Below are positions 16,342 to 23,816 of a stretch of DNA of 64,000 nt, piece by piece. Source of the stretch: a virus. The notes under the pieces are model-generated. The model was not told the DNA's origin and ran no database searches. It saw only the letters and a list, made by a program, of their open reading frames with translations. The stretch covers positions 1 through 64,000 of the IMG/VR virus record IMGVR_UViG_3300017698_000019, one strand, 5' to 3'. The first letter of the stretch is position 1; the number at the start of each line of letters is the position of its first letter. The translations under genes and the position numbers were made by a program.

Positions 16342-16363
16342 ACTTGCTTAGGATAAGTAGAAC

Positions 16364-16392
16364 TTGTCTTTTGCCGCCTCTGATAGTAGTAT
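16364..16392 (+). promoter_or_regulatory. sigma70-like promoter (phage cassette type)
   Basis: GTAGAAC-TTGTCT-17 nt-TAGTAT. Confidence 0.55.
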
Positions 16393-16420
16393 AAAGGCTC
16401 AACAGTAGGAAAGGCACCAC

Positions 16421-17092
16421 ATGGATCCACCCCCTTTCAAAACAGGTGACGAGGTCAGGCTCAAAACAGGCAAGTCCAAGATCATCGTTCTGGAAGTGGA
16501 TTACTTCGAAGAAGGCGATAAGATCCCTCACTACGCGAAGCGCAATTGGGGAAATCGCTATGTCCAGGGAACAGGCCGATACAAGCCGAAGACTGGATGG
16601 TATATCCGCTTCACTTACGCGAGTTCAGTGCATTATGCAGACCACGATAGGAAGTGGCGCGAGGCAGAGGACTTTCAATTTTATCACGACCAACCCAAGA
16701 AAGAAGAGATCAGAATGGACGTACTCTACCAAACGAAAGAAGAGAAACCCCGCTTCGGTGTTCACCGTGGCGTGAATGGCAATGGCGAATTCATCCTCGA
16801 GATGAAGGGCGTTGATGCGAATTATGAAGCATTCCCTCAGGATCAGATCGAAGAAGTCCTGCCATATACTGTTGAACTGACCGAACTGCGCGTTGATCCT
16901 TCCTGCAAGCCGAAGTCGATCCATGTGCTGGCCAAGAAAGGTCAGGTCGAGAAGGCCGACGTCATGCTGGAACTCAACTCCGGCATCTTCTGGCGCGTCA
17001 CCAAGCCTGACAGCAAGTGCCGTTCACCGAGGGAAAACAAATCCAAGTGGATGAAGGTTCCTCTCACCGAAGTTATGTTCGGCGAACAGTAG
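16421..17092 (+). CDS. hypothetical protein
   Basis: 223 aa. First gene after promoter 16364. No motif recognised. Confidence 0.6.
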   Translation: MDPPPFKTGDEVRLKTGKSKIIVLEVDYFEEGDKIPHYAKRNWGNRYVQGTGRYKPKTGWYIRFTYASSVHYADHDRKWREAEDFQFYHDQPKKEEIRMDVLYQTKEEKPRFGVHRGVNGNGEFILEMKGVDANYEAFPQDQIEEVLPYTVELTELRVDPSCKPKSIHVLAKKGQVEKADVMLELNSGIFWRVTKPDSKCRSPRENKSKWMKVPLTEVMFGEQ

Positions 17093-17095
17093 AAC

Positions 17096-17124
17096 TGGTC
17101 ATAGAGTTGTCCTTGGGTTATGCT
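17096..17124 (+). promoter_or_regulatory. sigma70-like promoter (phage cassette type)
   Basis: GTAGAAC-TGGTCA-17 nt-TATGCT. Confidence 0.55.
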
Positions 17125-17150
17125 GGTTTACATAGCAAAAGGACCGCTCA

Positions 17151-17267
17151 ATGTACCTAATCAACCTAGTGCGAGCATGGGCGGCTGATAGCCTGATCCA
17201 ACTCGGTTATTCTATTGCACCTGACCATTACTTGGAAGGGATGCTCGCACCAAGCAACGAAGAGTAG
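17151..17267 (+). CDS. small ORF (38 aa), hypothetical
   Basis: ATG preceded by AAAAGGA. MYLINLVRAWAADSLIQLGYSIAPDHYLEGMLAPSNEE. Its TAG stop lies inside the AGGCTACC leader of the next gene. Below the track cutoff. Confidence 0.35.
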   Translation: MYLINLVRAWAADSLIQLGYSIAPDHYLEGMLAPSNEE

Positions 17268-17273
17268 GCTACC

Positions 17274-17999
17274 ATGACTGACATGATCGATAAAATTGCC
17301 GCGCTCCGGGCCAAGATCCCGGAGAACGGTGCAACCGAAGAGGAAGCAATGGCCGCACTGGCTATTGCCGAAAAGCTGATGGAGAAGCACGGTGTTACCG
17401 AGGCTGATCTCAAAGCAGTGGAATTCTCCCGTGACATGCGCCAAGGCGGCTTCGAACAGAAGCAGAAGCAGGAGCATCCCTCACAAAAATACTGCGATAC
17501 TACGATTGCTCGCTACTGTGGAACCAAGGCGTGGAATGGTAGATCTCAGACTGTGAAAGGCAAGAAGACCACAGAGATCTTCGGCTTTGATGGCGACGTC
17601 GCGATGCACGAGTTCCTCTTGGGCTTGATCCACGACAGTATGAACAGAGGCTGGAAGGAATTCCTCTCACTGAACATCAAATCAGATCAGTCACGTCATA
17701 CGCAATACTGGTCATTCATGATCGGCTTTGCTGAGCGTATCAACGAGAAGCTTGAAGAACTCATCGATGGTCGGACAGCCCAAGCAGACAGCACCGGGAA
17801 CGATCTGGTGGAAGTCAAAGAGGCAATCGTGGAACAGGGCATGGAAGCGATGCTGCCTGCCCTCCAGTTCCGTAAGCAACGAGGAAGCAGAACACGGGTG
17901 AACTTAGATGCCTATGGTCAAGGTAAGGTCGCAGGTGATAAGGTCAACCTTCAACGTCCAATCCAAGAAAGTCAACAAACTGTGAAGAGGATCACATAA
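17274..17999 (+). CDS. DUF2786-domain phage protein
   Basis: IDKIAALRAKIPENGATEEEAMAALAIAEKLMEKHGVTEADL is the DUF2786-type N-terminal helix pair. 241 aa. Confidence 0.6.
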   Translation: MTDMIDKIAALRAKIPENGATEEEAMAALAIAEKLMEKHGVTEADLKAVEFSRDMRQGGFEQKQKQEHPSQKYCDTTIARYCGTKAWNGRSQTVKGKKTTEIFGFDGDVAMHEFLLGLIHDSMNRGWKEFLSLNIKSDQSRHTQYWSFMIGFAERINEKLEELIDGRTAQADSTGNDLVEVKEAIVEQGMEAMLPALQFRKQRGSRTRVNLDAYGQGKVAGDKVNLQRPIQESQQTVKRIT

Positions 18000-18340
18000 T
18001 GTCATTGATGTCACGCATCGCAAAGAAGATCCGCCGCCGCTTCCGGAAGAAGGGCACCCACGCTGAGAACCCATCAGCGACGATGACCACAGCTGAGAAG
18101 CTGATCATGAACAATTGGGGCATCACGTTCTCGAACAAAGAACCTGAACGCGCTGGTCTCTACCGTGCGATTGATCGGCAGACTGCCAAGCGCAAGGCTA
18201 ATGCAAAGATCCCTGAGATTGAACGTGAGCCGAGCCGTCAGGTCTTCCGTGCTTATCATCGCCGTATGCTGAAAGAACATCATCAGCGGAAAACTGTCAA
18301 GCATACTCAGAAGCGCACTGGCGCGGCGGTCGCGGGATAA
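17999..18340 (+). CDS. hypothetical highly basic protein
   Basis: 113 aa. TAATG coupling. Arg/Lys-rich throughout. Confidence 0.55.
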   Translation: MSLMSRIAKKIRRRFRKKGTHAENPSATMTTAEKLIMNNWGITFSNKEPERAGLYRAIDRQTAKRKANAKIPEIEREPSRQVFRAYHRRMLKEHHQRKTVKHTQKRTGAAVAG

Positions 18341-18347
18341 GTAGAAC

Positions 18348-18377
18348 TTGTCACAGGTAGCCTCCTGAGCGCATACT
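18348..18377 (+). promoter_or_regulatory. sigma70-like promoter (phage cassette type) with SD-complementary spacer
   Basis: GTAGAAC-TTGTCA-18 nt-CATACT. Spacer GGTAGCCTCCT (18356-66) is the perfect complement of AGGAGGCTACC (18389-99). Confidence 0.55.
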
Positions 18378-18401
18378 GGTTGCAGCTTAGGAGGCTACCA
18401 A

Positions 18402-18662
18402 ATGCAATGTATCAAGACCGGAGCGCATGTTCACCTCGTCTGCACTGGCGAATGGCTTTACGGTGATGTCTTTAAGACCACCAAAGGTGATTTCGTTATG
18501 CGAGTGTGCCAGCGCGAATTCACCCCACGAATTCAAGTGAAACACTTCACCTTTCACAGCTATGATATTTGGTTCGAAGAGACCAAGACGTCTGGTGAAG
18601 TCAACTCAACTCTGTTCGCCGAAGGTGTTCAGGAATATGGATATGATGGAGCGCCCATATGA
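18402..18662 (+). CDS. hypothetical protein
   Basis: 86 aa. AGGAGGCTACC leader. Confidence 0.6.
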   Translation: MQCIKTGAHVHLVCTGEWLYGDVFKTTKGDFVMRVCQREFTPRIQVKHFTFHSYDIWFEETKTSGEVNSTLFAEGVQEYGYDGAPI

Positions 18663-18892
18663 AGAAGTTCGAAATGACGCAGGAGCAGTTGAACAAACTG
18701 CTTGAAGCGATGCAGTCCCCGCCGCTGATCATGTTGCAATGCGGCGAGCCTCCTTCTCTGCAGGAACGAGCGAACGCTGCGTGGAAAGCCCTCGGTGATG
18801 AGATGGGCTTTGATCACATGACTGTTCAACCAACTGGTCAAGGCGATCGGTTCTTCGAAGCGGAGGTGAAAGATGTTAGCGTTTCAAAATGA
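18659..18892 (+). CDS. hypothetical protein
   Basis: 77 aa. ATGA coupling. Confidence 0.55.
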   Translation: MKKFEMTQEQLNKLLEAMQSPPLIMLQCGEPPSLQERANAAWKALGDEMGFDHMTVQPTGQGDRFFEAEVKDVSVSK

Positions 18893-19916
18893 TGGACTGA
18901 TGCCACTGGAGGCGGCGACCACCTTCGGTATCAACGTGAAGCTAGGGGAGAACCCGATTGGTTTCTTCGGAACTGGTCTCAAGTATGCTATCGCAGTCTG
19001 CCTTCGTCTCGGCGGCACCTTTCGCCTCTTCTTGGGCACAACTGAATATGAATTCTACGTAAAGGATGATGACTTTCGCGGCAAAGAGTTCGGCTTTATC
19101 CGGATGCGGAAACGCAACTCGCCGCTGAAACGCTGGTCTTACCAGAAGCTGGCCTTCACGACAGAACTCGGCAAGCATTGGGAGCCGTGGATGGCTGTCC
19201 GTGAATTGGAGAGCAACACTCGTGACGAGAATGGATCATCCCATGTGTTGAATGTTTATGCTCAAAATGGAGTACCGATGATCGACACGATTGGTCGAGA
19301 AGGTATGACCAAGATTATCGTTGAGTGTCCAGAGATGGAGACCGCTTACAACGATGATGTGATCTTCATGCCTGAGGGTCTCACGCTACTGGCTGAGTTC
19401 GGAGGTTGCGAAGTCTACGATGCTCCGTCCAACCATGTGTTCTTCCGTGGGCTTCGTGTCACCGACATGGATAAACCTGCAATGTTCACCTACAATTTCA
19501 CAGACCGTGTCACACTGACCGAGGACAGAACCTCCAAGTGGCCGTACTCTGACCAGATCCATGCGATGCAGGCTTTGCAATCGCTGACAGACGTGGAACT
19601 TCTGGACAAGATCATGGATGCCGAGGAGGATAGCTGCTGGGAAGTGGGTCTTCCTTGGGATACAGACTACGGTGATCAAGGCACGACCTACGTCGCTCAG
19701 GTGGGCTATCGCTACCACTCCGGCGGGACGTTGCCCAAGCGGATGAAGTCCTTCTACGACAGTCGGGTTAAGGAGGATACCCAGGAGAAGTTCAAGGAAG
19801 TGAAACTCTCACAACCGATGATCGACCGCATTGTGTCTGCCCTCCGCGACACTGGTCAGCAAGACATCGACAACAAGATCTTTGAACAACTCGGAGAATT
19901 GGAGATACCGTTTTGA
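18873..19916 (+). CDS. hypothetical protein ending in SSB-like acidic tip (..LGELEIPF)
   Basis: 347 aa. Blocks GFFGTGLKYAIAV and VRELESNTRDENG are faintly GHKL-like but in non-canonical order. The C-terminal ELEIPF parallels the tips at 13007 and 62705. Confidence 0.6.
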   Translation: MLAFQNDGLMPLEAATTFGINVKLGENPIGFFGTGLKYAIAVCLRLGGTFRLFLGTTEYEFYVKDDDFRGKEFGFIRMRKRNSPLKRWSYQKLAFTTELGKHWEPWMAVRELESNTRDENGSSHVLNVYAQNGVPMIDTIGREGMTKIIVECPEMETAYNDDVIFMPEGLTLLAEFGGCEVYDAPSNHVFFRGLRVTDMDKPAMFTYNFTDRVTLTEDRTSKWPYSDQIHAMQALQSLTDVELLDKIMDAEEDSCWEVGLPWDTDYGDQGTTYVAQVGYRYHSGGTLPKRMKSFYDSRVKEDTQEKFKEVKLSQPMIDRIVSALRDTGQQDIDNKIFEQLGELEIPF

Positions 19917-20206
19917 CTTGGCTTGAGATAGGACTATGCGTCATCATCCTGATGCTTCTGTTCTGCCCTGTGAAGTATGATCCCGCCTTCTACAATGTGC
20001 GGAAGCAGGCGAGTAAGCAGATTGATCGCTACACTCGGCAAGCGAAGATCGACCAGAAGAACGCAGACTATCCCGGATGCCAGCTAGGGCTGATGGAATG
20101 CCGATCAACCTCATGTGGCTGCAATGAAAGCAGACCATGCAAAGCGTTCGTTCGAGAACGTGCAAAATACCTCATGGAGAATGGAATACCTGATGACGAT
20201 AGCTGA
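19913..20206 (+). CDS. small membrane protein (TTG start)
   Basis: TTGA overlap with the upstream stop. N-terminal TM helix WLEIGLCVIILMLLFCPV. Cys-rich C-terminus. Confidence 0.45.
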   Translation: MTWLEIGLCVIILMLLFCPVKYDPAFYNVRKQASKQIDRYTRQAKIDQKNADYPGCQLGLMECRSTSCGCNESRPCKAFVRERAKYLMENGIPDDDS

Positions 20207-20444
20207 TCCAAGTTCACAATACATTCCGAAGTTCGGCTACTGGCGGCACCGGAAGACCAACGCTCGCTACGAGATCGTTACCTTCGCCGTTGAAGAAAGC
20301 ACAATGATCCCTGTCGTGGTGTATAAGCATGATGGCCCGTTGTCCTCTCCCACGTGGACCCGCCCTTGCAGCGAGTTCTTCGAGATTGCTCGCTTTGTTC
20401 AGGTCAGTGATCAGCCGCCGACCGATGGAATGAACGATAAATAG
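20193..20444 (+). CDS. DUF1653-domain protein
   Basis: ATG 20193. FGYWRHRKTNARYEIVTFAVEESTMIPVVVYKHDG...WTRPCSEFF follows the DUF1653 pattern (YRHYKG..Y...E...VVY...W.RP...F). Confidence 0.6.
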   Translation: MTIADPSSQYIPKFGYWRHRKTNARYEIVTFAVEESTMIPVVVYKHDGPLSSPTWTRPCSEFFEIARFVQVSDQPPTDGMNDK

Positions 20445-20447
20445 AGT

Positions 20448-20476
20448 TGGTCAGAGTGGCTTCCTTGGGCTATACT
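20448..20476 (+). promoter_or_regulatory. sigma70-like promoter (phage cassette type) with SD-complementary spacer
   Basis: AAATAGAGT-TGGTCA-17 nt-TATACT. Spacer TGGCTTCCTT (20457-66) can pair with AAGGAGGCTA (20490-99): 10 bp including 2 G-U pairs. Confidence 0.55.
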
Positions 20477-20501
20477 AGGGGTATAATTTAAGGAGGCTAC
20501 C

Positions 20502-20726
20502 ATGACAACTATCACCGATCCCGGCGCTGCCCGTGTGCAGGCTATCTTCCTGAAAGGACACTGCCAGCTTATGTCCAAAGGTATGACTGCCAGAGGTCTG
20601 AGCAAGACTCGTGCATTGCAACTCGCAGGTGCGATCACAGGTAAGACTTACAAGCGCGGGGAACACGCCCAAGCGGCGATTGATCTGAAGACATTCATCG
20701 AGGAGAGCCGCCGTGCCGACGTTTGA
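20502..20726 (+). CDS. hypothetical protein
   Basis: 74 aa. AAGGAGGCTACC-ATG leader. Confidence 0.6.
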   Translation: MTTITDPGAARVQAIFLKGHCQLMSKGMTARGLSKTRALQLAGAITGKTYKRGEHAQAAIDLKTFIEESRRADV

Positions 20727-21054
20727 ACTGGAAGAATTTTGGATTGATGAAGACGGGGATGAGCCAAAGTCCGTCCTCTGTGAAGTCGACTTGACGTTGA
20801 TTTCTTTTGGAGAAGCGCCTGCTCCGGCATCACTGAACTATCCCGGTGATCCAGGTGAACCACCTGAATATGAGATCGAGGAAATTACACTCACCGATGT
20901 TCAACACGGCGAGACAAAAAGCGATGCTCATATATCCCTCAGTCTTAGCGAAACTCAGTTTATTACGTTCTTTTCAAATGGTGCCGACGTGGTGAACAAT
21001 GCTTATGAATGGGCATCAGAACAGGAGATTGACTATGGCGACTACGAAGATTGA
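20713..21054 (+). CDS. hypothetical acidic protein (GTG start)
   Basis: 113 aa track ORF overlapping the upstream end by 14 nt. Confidence 0.5.
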   Translation: MPTFELEEFWIDEDGDEPKSVLCEVDLTLISFGEAPAPASLNYPGDPGEPPEYEIEEITLTDVQHGETKSDAHISLSLSETQFITFFSNGADVVNNAYEWASEQEIDYGDYED

Positions 21055-21214
21055 TTATGAAAAGGAGCGGGTCTGCAAGAACTCAATCCGCTACAAAAAG
21101 ACAGGCGGCGGTGCCGGACCAGTGACCATCTACGTGCCGAACGAGATGATCGAGGACCTGAACAATCCTCCCGACGTATTCCACGTTGAGATGAAGCCTC
21201 TCTGGAAAAAATGA
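21035..21214 (+). CDS. hypothetical protein
   Basis: ATG 21035 (MATTKIDYEKERVCKNSIRYKK...). 59 aa. Confidence 0.45.
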   Translation: MATTKIDYEKERVCKNSIRYKKTGGGAGPVTIYVPNEMIEDLNNPPDVFHVEMKPLWKK

Positions 21215-21216
21215 TG

Positions 21217-21246
21217 TTGTCACCTGCCTAGTGCGGGTGATACCAT
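21217..21246 (+). promoter_or_regulatory. sigma70-like promoter (weaker -10)
   Basis: TTGTCA-18 nt-TACCAT. Confidence 0.35.
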
Positions 21247-21255
21247 CATCACATC

Positions 21256-21552
21256 ATGGTGAACAACGTGCATATATCCTCTGGACTACGTGTTGGTTTC
21301 TGGAACCCCTCTCCAAAGTGGGGTGAGACACCGTTCACCTGTGTCGGTCATTACAACGGACCTTCCTTGGGCGATCAACTGCCTGGATGGCGCGGAGAAC
21401 AAGAACTCATGGAAGGAACTCTGAAATTTCGTGTCGGCGTTCTTTTCCGACCTGACCTCGGCAAGAAGCAATGCCTTGAAACAATCCTGATCTTAGAGAC
21501 TTACATCGAAGAGATGTTCGAGTACGAAGATTGGGAGAAAGCAACTGGATAG
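21256..21552 (+). CDS. hypothetical protein
   Basis: 98 aa track ORF. Confidence 0.55.
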   Translation: MVNNVHISSGLRVGFWNPSPKWGETPFTCVGHYNGPSLGDQLPGWRGEQELMEGTLKFRVGVLFRPDLGKKQCLETILILETYIEEMFEYEDWEKATG

Positions 21553-21555
21553 ATC

Positions 21556-21678
21556 ATGATTGCCGAATACGCAAACCCTTTCTTCGTTACCTGCATTCTC
21601 GCTTTAATTGGCGGGTTCTTTGGTGCAGTCGGTGCTCGCTTCGGCTGGTACGTTGCAGGTAAGATTGTCTCCGGATAA
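21556..21678 (+). CDS. small membrane peptide (40 aa)
   Basis: MIAEYANPFFVTCILALIGGFFGAVGARFGWYVAGKIVSG: one glycine-zipper TM helix. Below the track cutoff. Confidence 0.45.
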   Translation: MIAEYANPFFVTCILALIGGFFGAVGARFGWYVAGKIVSG

Positions 21679-21685
21679 ATAGAAC

Positions 21686-21715
21686 TGGTCAACCTTTGTG
21701 TCCTTGGTGCATACT
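21686..21715 (+). promoter_or_regulatory. sigma70-like promoter (phage cassette type)
   Basis: AAATAGAAC-TGGTCA-18 nt-CATACT, then the AGGAGGCTACC-ATG leader. Confidence 0.55.
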
Positions 21716-21741
21716 GGTAGCACGTTAATTAGGAGGCTACC

Positions 21742-21969
21742 ATGACGCACGTAACAGACCAGAATTTGCTGGAAGACTTGGCTGATGCCGAGGGATACCC
21801 AGACACAACCACCATGCTTGAGGAGAACGTCTTTGACAGCGTTGTCCCTGGGATTTGCACAAGCTGCAAAGGAACACAGAACTGTGAGCCTGATGCTCGT
21901 GCCAACTGGTGTGATGAATGCGGGACGAACACTGTTCGCTCCTGCATTGACCTTGCGGGAGTGATCTGA
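21742..21969 (+). CDS. small Cys-rich (zinc-ribbon-like) protein
   Basis: 75 aa. CTSC...C...C...CDEC...C pattern. Confidence 0.6.
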   Translation: MTHVTDQNLLEDLADAEGYPDTTTMLEENVFDSVVPGICTSCKGTQNCEPDARANWCDECGTNTVRSCIDLAGVI

Positions 21970-22298
21970 TGTACGGTGAAGAAGTAAGCAGAATGTTTGA
22001 TCGCATGGATGCTGATCGTCAACGCAAGCGCATTCTCTGCGCCGCTGCTGTCATGGGTCATACCAACATGGGCCAGCCTGCACCGACACGTGAGCGTGTC
22101 CAGGAACTGATGTTTGTGATGGATACTCCTCGGTTCCCTTGGAACCTCAACAACTATGTGGAAGCGATCAGCGGCCACTTGTTCGAGAACGACGAACATC
22201 AGGAAATCTTCCTAGGGGAAGCGACAAGCTGGCTCGAGACTTGCAAGGAAGAACCATTCCTCAAGCACTGGCCGGAGAAAGCTGCGCTATTTGAATGA
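21969..22298 (+). CDS. hypothetical protein
   Basis: 109 aa. TGATG coupling. Confidence 0.55.
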   Translation: MYGEEVSRMFDRMDADRQRKRILCAAAVMGHTNMGQPAPTRERVQELMFVMDTPRFPWNLNNYVEAISGHLFENDEHQEIFLGEATSWLETCKEEPFLKHWPEKAALFE

Positions 22299-22339
22299 AT
22301 ATAGTTGGGTGGGGACTCGATTACATTTTAGCTGGCACG

Positions 22340-22474
22340 ATGTGGTTCATCGCGCTGAATGGCCTCGTAATCTGGCGAGGTCGGCAAATACCAGAGGGAG
22401 GCGGAATGACAGTTTGTCTGTTGTCTGCTTTCCTTGGAGTAATAACGGTGGTCATAAATGCGCTTTTGTTTTAG
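22340..22474 (+). CDS. small two-TM membrane peptide (44 aa), putative
   Basis: MWFIALNGLVIWRGRQIPEGGGMTVCLLSAFLGVITVVINALLF. Preferred over the R/S/W-rich track ORF 22291..22596. Confidence 0.35.
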   Translation: MWFIALNGLVIWRGRQIPEGGGMTVCLLSAFLGVITVVINALLF

Positions 22475-22610
22475 CCTTGTTTTTGTGGTGCTGGCCGCGT
22501 GTAGTGCGGAGCAAGACTTTGTTCCTGCTGAGCAGCCAGTTCCACAGTTCGATTGGCGGGTCTACAACGGCCCGAGTCACAGCACTCCTTGGGTAAGGAT
22601 TGAAGAATGA
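22458..22610 (+). CDS. small lipoprotein (50 aa), putative
   Basis: MRFCFSLVFVVLAAC-SAEQD: signal peptide plus lipobox L-A-A-C. The stop overlaps the next ATG (ATGA). Confidence 0.45.
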   Translation: MRFCFSLVFVVLAACSAEQDFVPAEQPVPQFDWRVYNGPSHSTPWVRIEE

Positions 22611-22813
22611 TAAAATGGTTTCGGAGCCGCGTTCGTTATAACCGGCCCAAGACCATAAGAGTTCTCCCATCCGGGGAAGTGCAAAGGAAGTATTTGCGAA
22701 ACGGTAAGGAAGTCCTGTGGGAAACAGTTGATTGCTTTACCCTATCGCGCACGAAACAGCCGCGCCCATGCTCACGGGACTATAAAGCGCGGCTACTGCG
22801 GACCGCTTATTAG
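22607..22813 (+). CDS. hypothetical basic protein
   Basis: 68 aa track ORF coupled to the lipoprotein ORF. Confidence 0.45.
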   Translation: MIKWFRSRVRYNRPKTIRVLPSGEVQRKYLRNGKEVLWETVDCFTLSRTKQPRPCSRDYKARLLRTAY

Positions 22814-22877
22814 CGGTCTGGGACGTCGCTTGGCCTTGGCTGGTGTGGTAGCCTACGGCAAGGTCAGGTGACTGTCT

Positions 22878-22912
22878 GGCGGGGCGCATATGGGCCACCT
22901 GTGCGTCCCGCC
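22878..22912 (+). terminator. GC-rich hairpin (candidate terminator/regulatory)
   Basis: GGCGGGGCGCA-13 nt-TGCGTCCCGCC: 11 bp including 1 G-U pair. No U tract. Confidence 0.3.
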
Positions 22913-22948
22913 CCACGGTTTAACACGCTACCGCAAAGGAAATATAGT

Positions 22949-23197
22949 ATGACACTAGATGTGAAGAAATTACTGGACATAGCAAAGCGAGGCGACGCTA
23001 TTTCTGCACAGATGAAGATTGCGCTGCTGGAGTTTGATGCCGCGATCCAAGCCGAAGACCCAAAGAAACAGGAAGAGATCAGGGTTAAGATCCATCAGTT
23101 GACTGATGATCAGCTTGATCTCCAAGTCGATGTGAAGCACATCAGAGATGCTCACACAGAGGAGATCCTTAACCGGATCAAGGGCAAGTTCAAGTAA
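22949..23197 (+). CDS. hypothetical coiled-coil protein
   Basis: ATG 22949 after AAGGAAA. The upstream part of track ORF 22868 lies in a GC-rich non-coding stretch. Confidence 0.5.
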   Translation: MTLDVKKLLDIAKRGDAISAQMKIALLEFDAAIQAEDPKKQEEIRVKIHQLTDDQLDLQVDVKHIRDAHTEEILNRIKGKFK

Positions 23198-23218
23198 CCC
23201 ATAACCAAGGAGATAGAC

Positions 23219-23761
23219 ATGGGCCACACACCAAGCGCGACGAAAGGTCGCGCACTGATCGTCGCTGGGAACAAGGATATCCTTGCTCAACTCTGCGACC
23301 AAGCCGACATCGCAATAGCGAAGCAGGATGCCGACCGAGATGCCTCGCTGGCTGCGATCAAAGAGCGCCACGCCAATGAACTCAAGGCTGCGAAGCGCAA
23401 TCACAAGCACCGCGCCAAGCGGATCAAGCAGCAACTGAAAGAGTTCGAGGACATGGATCCGATGGAACTGGCCGAACGCTTCAAGCATGGTGTGCCGGAA
23501 GGCACTGTGTCCCGCCCTTTTAGCGGAGGCCTGCGCGATTTTCAGATCCAAGCGATCAACAGTCTTGTGGGCATGGACATGGCTTCCATCGAGAAGCGTC
23601 TCATGCACTCTATGATGATCCCCACTGCACGGATGATCACGAGTGGTCGCCGAGAAGGCAAGAGCGAAGCCCTACGTCAGTTGATGCTTCACTCGCCGGA
23701 GTTGAAGATCAAACCTCGGCACGAATGGCCGAGCGCGTTCGACATCGAAACACGGTCATAA
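23219..23761 (+). CDS. hypothetical protein
   Basis: 180 aa. AAGGAGA RBS. Confidence 0.6.
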   Translation: MGHTPSATKGRALIVAGNKDILAQLCDQADIAIAKQDADRDASLAAIKERHANELKAAKRNHKHRAKRIKQQLKEFEDMDPMELAERFKHGVPEGTVSRPFSGGLRDFQIQAINSLVGMDMASIEKRLMHSMMIPTARMITSGRREGKSEALRQLMLHSPELKIKPRHEWPSAFDIETRS

Positions 23762-23816
23762 GAAAACGGGAGCGGCGGATGGTCTGCCGCTCTCTTGGGT
23801 TTATAACACGGAGATA

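Noticed and set aside
16136-16345. A two-piece (permuted) tmRNA.
   Set aside because: The acceptor stem has G3-C70 rather than the G3-U70 alanine identity pair. A full D-stem is present, unlike in tmRNA. The only downstream frame ending in ..PLA is 36 codons long and has no convincing resume-codon context.
22291-22596. Track ORF of 101 aa.
   Set aside because: Its composition is implausible (R/S/W/C-rich). Alternative frames contain a membrane peptide and a lipoprotein with proper signals.
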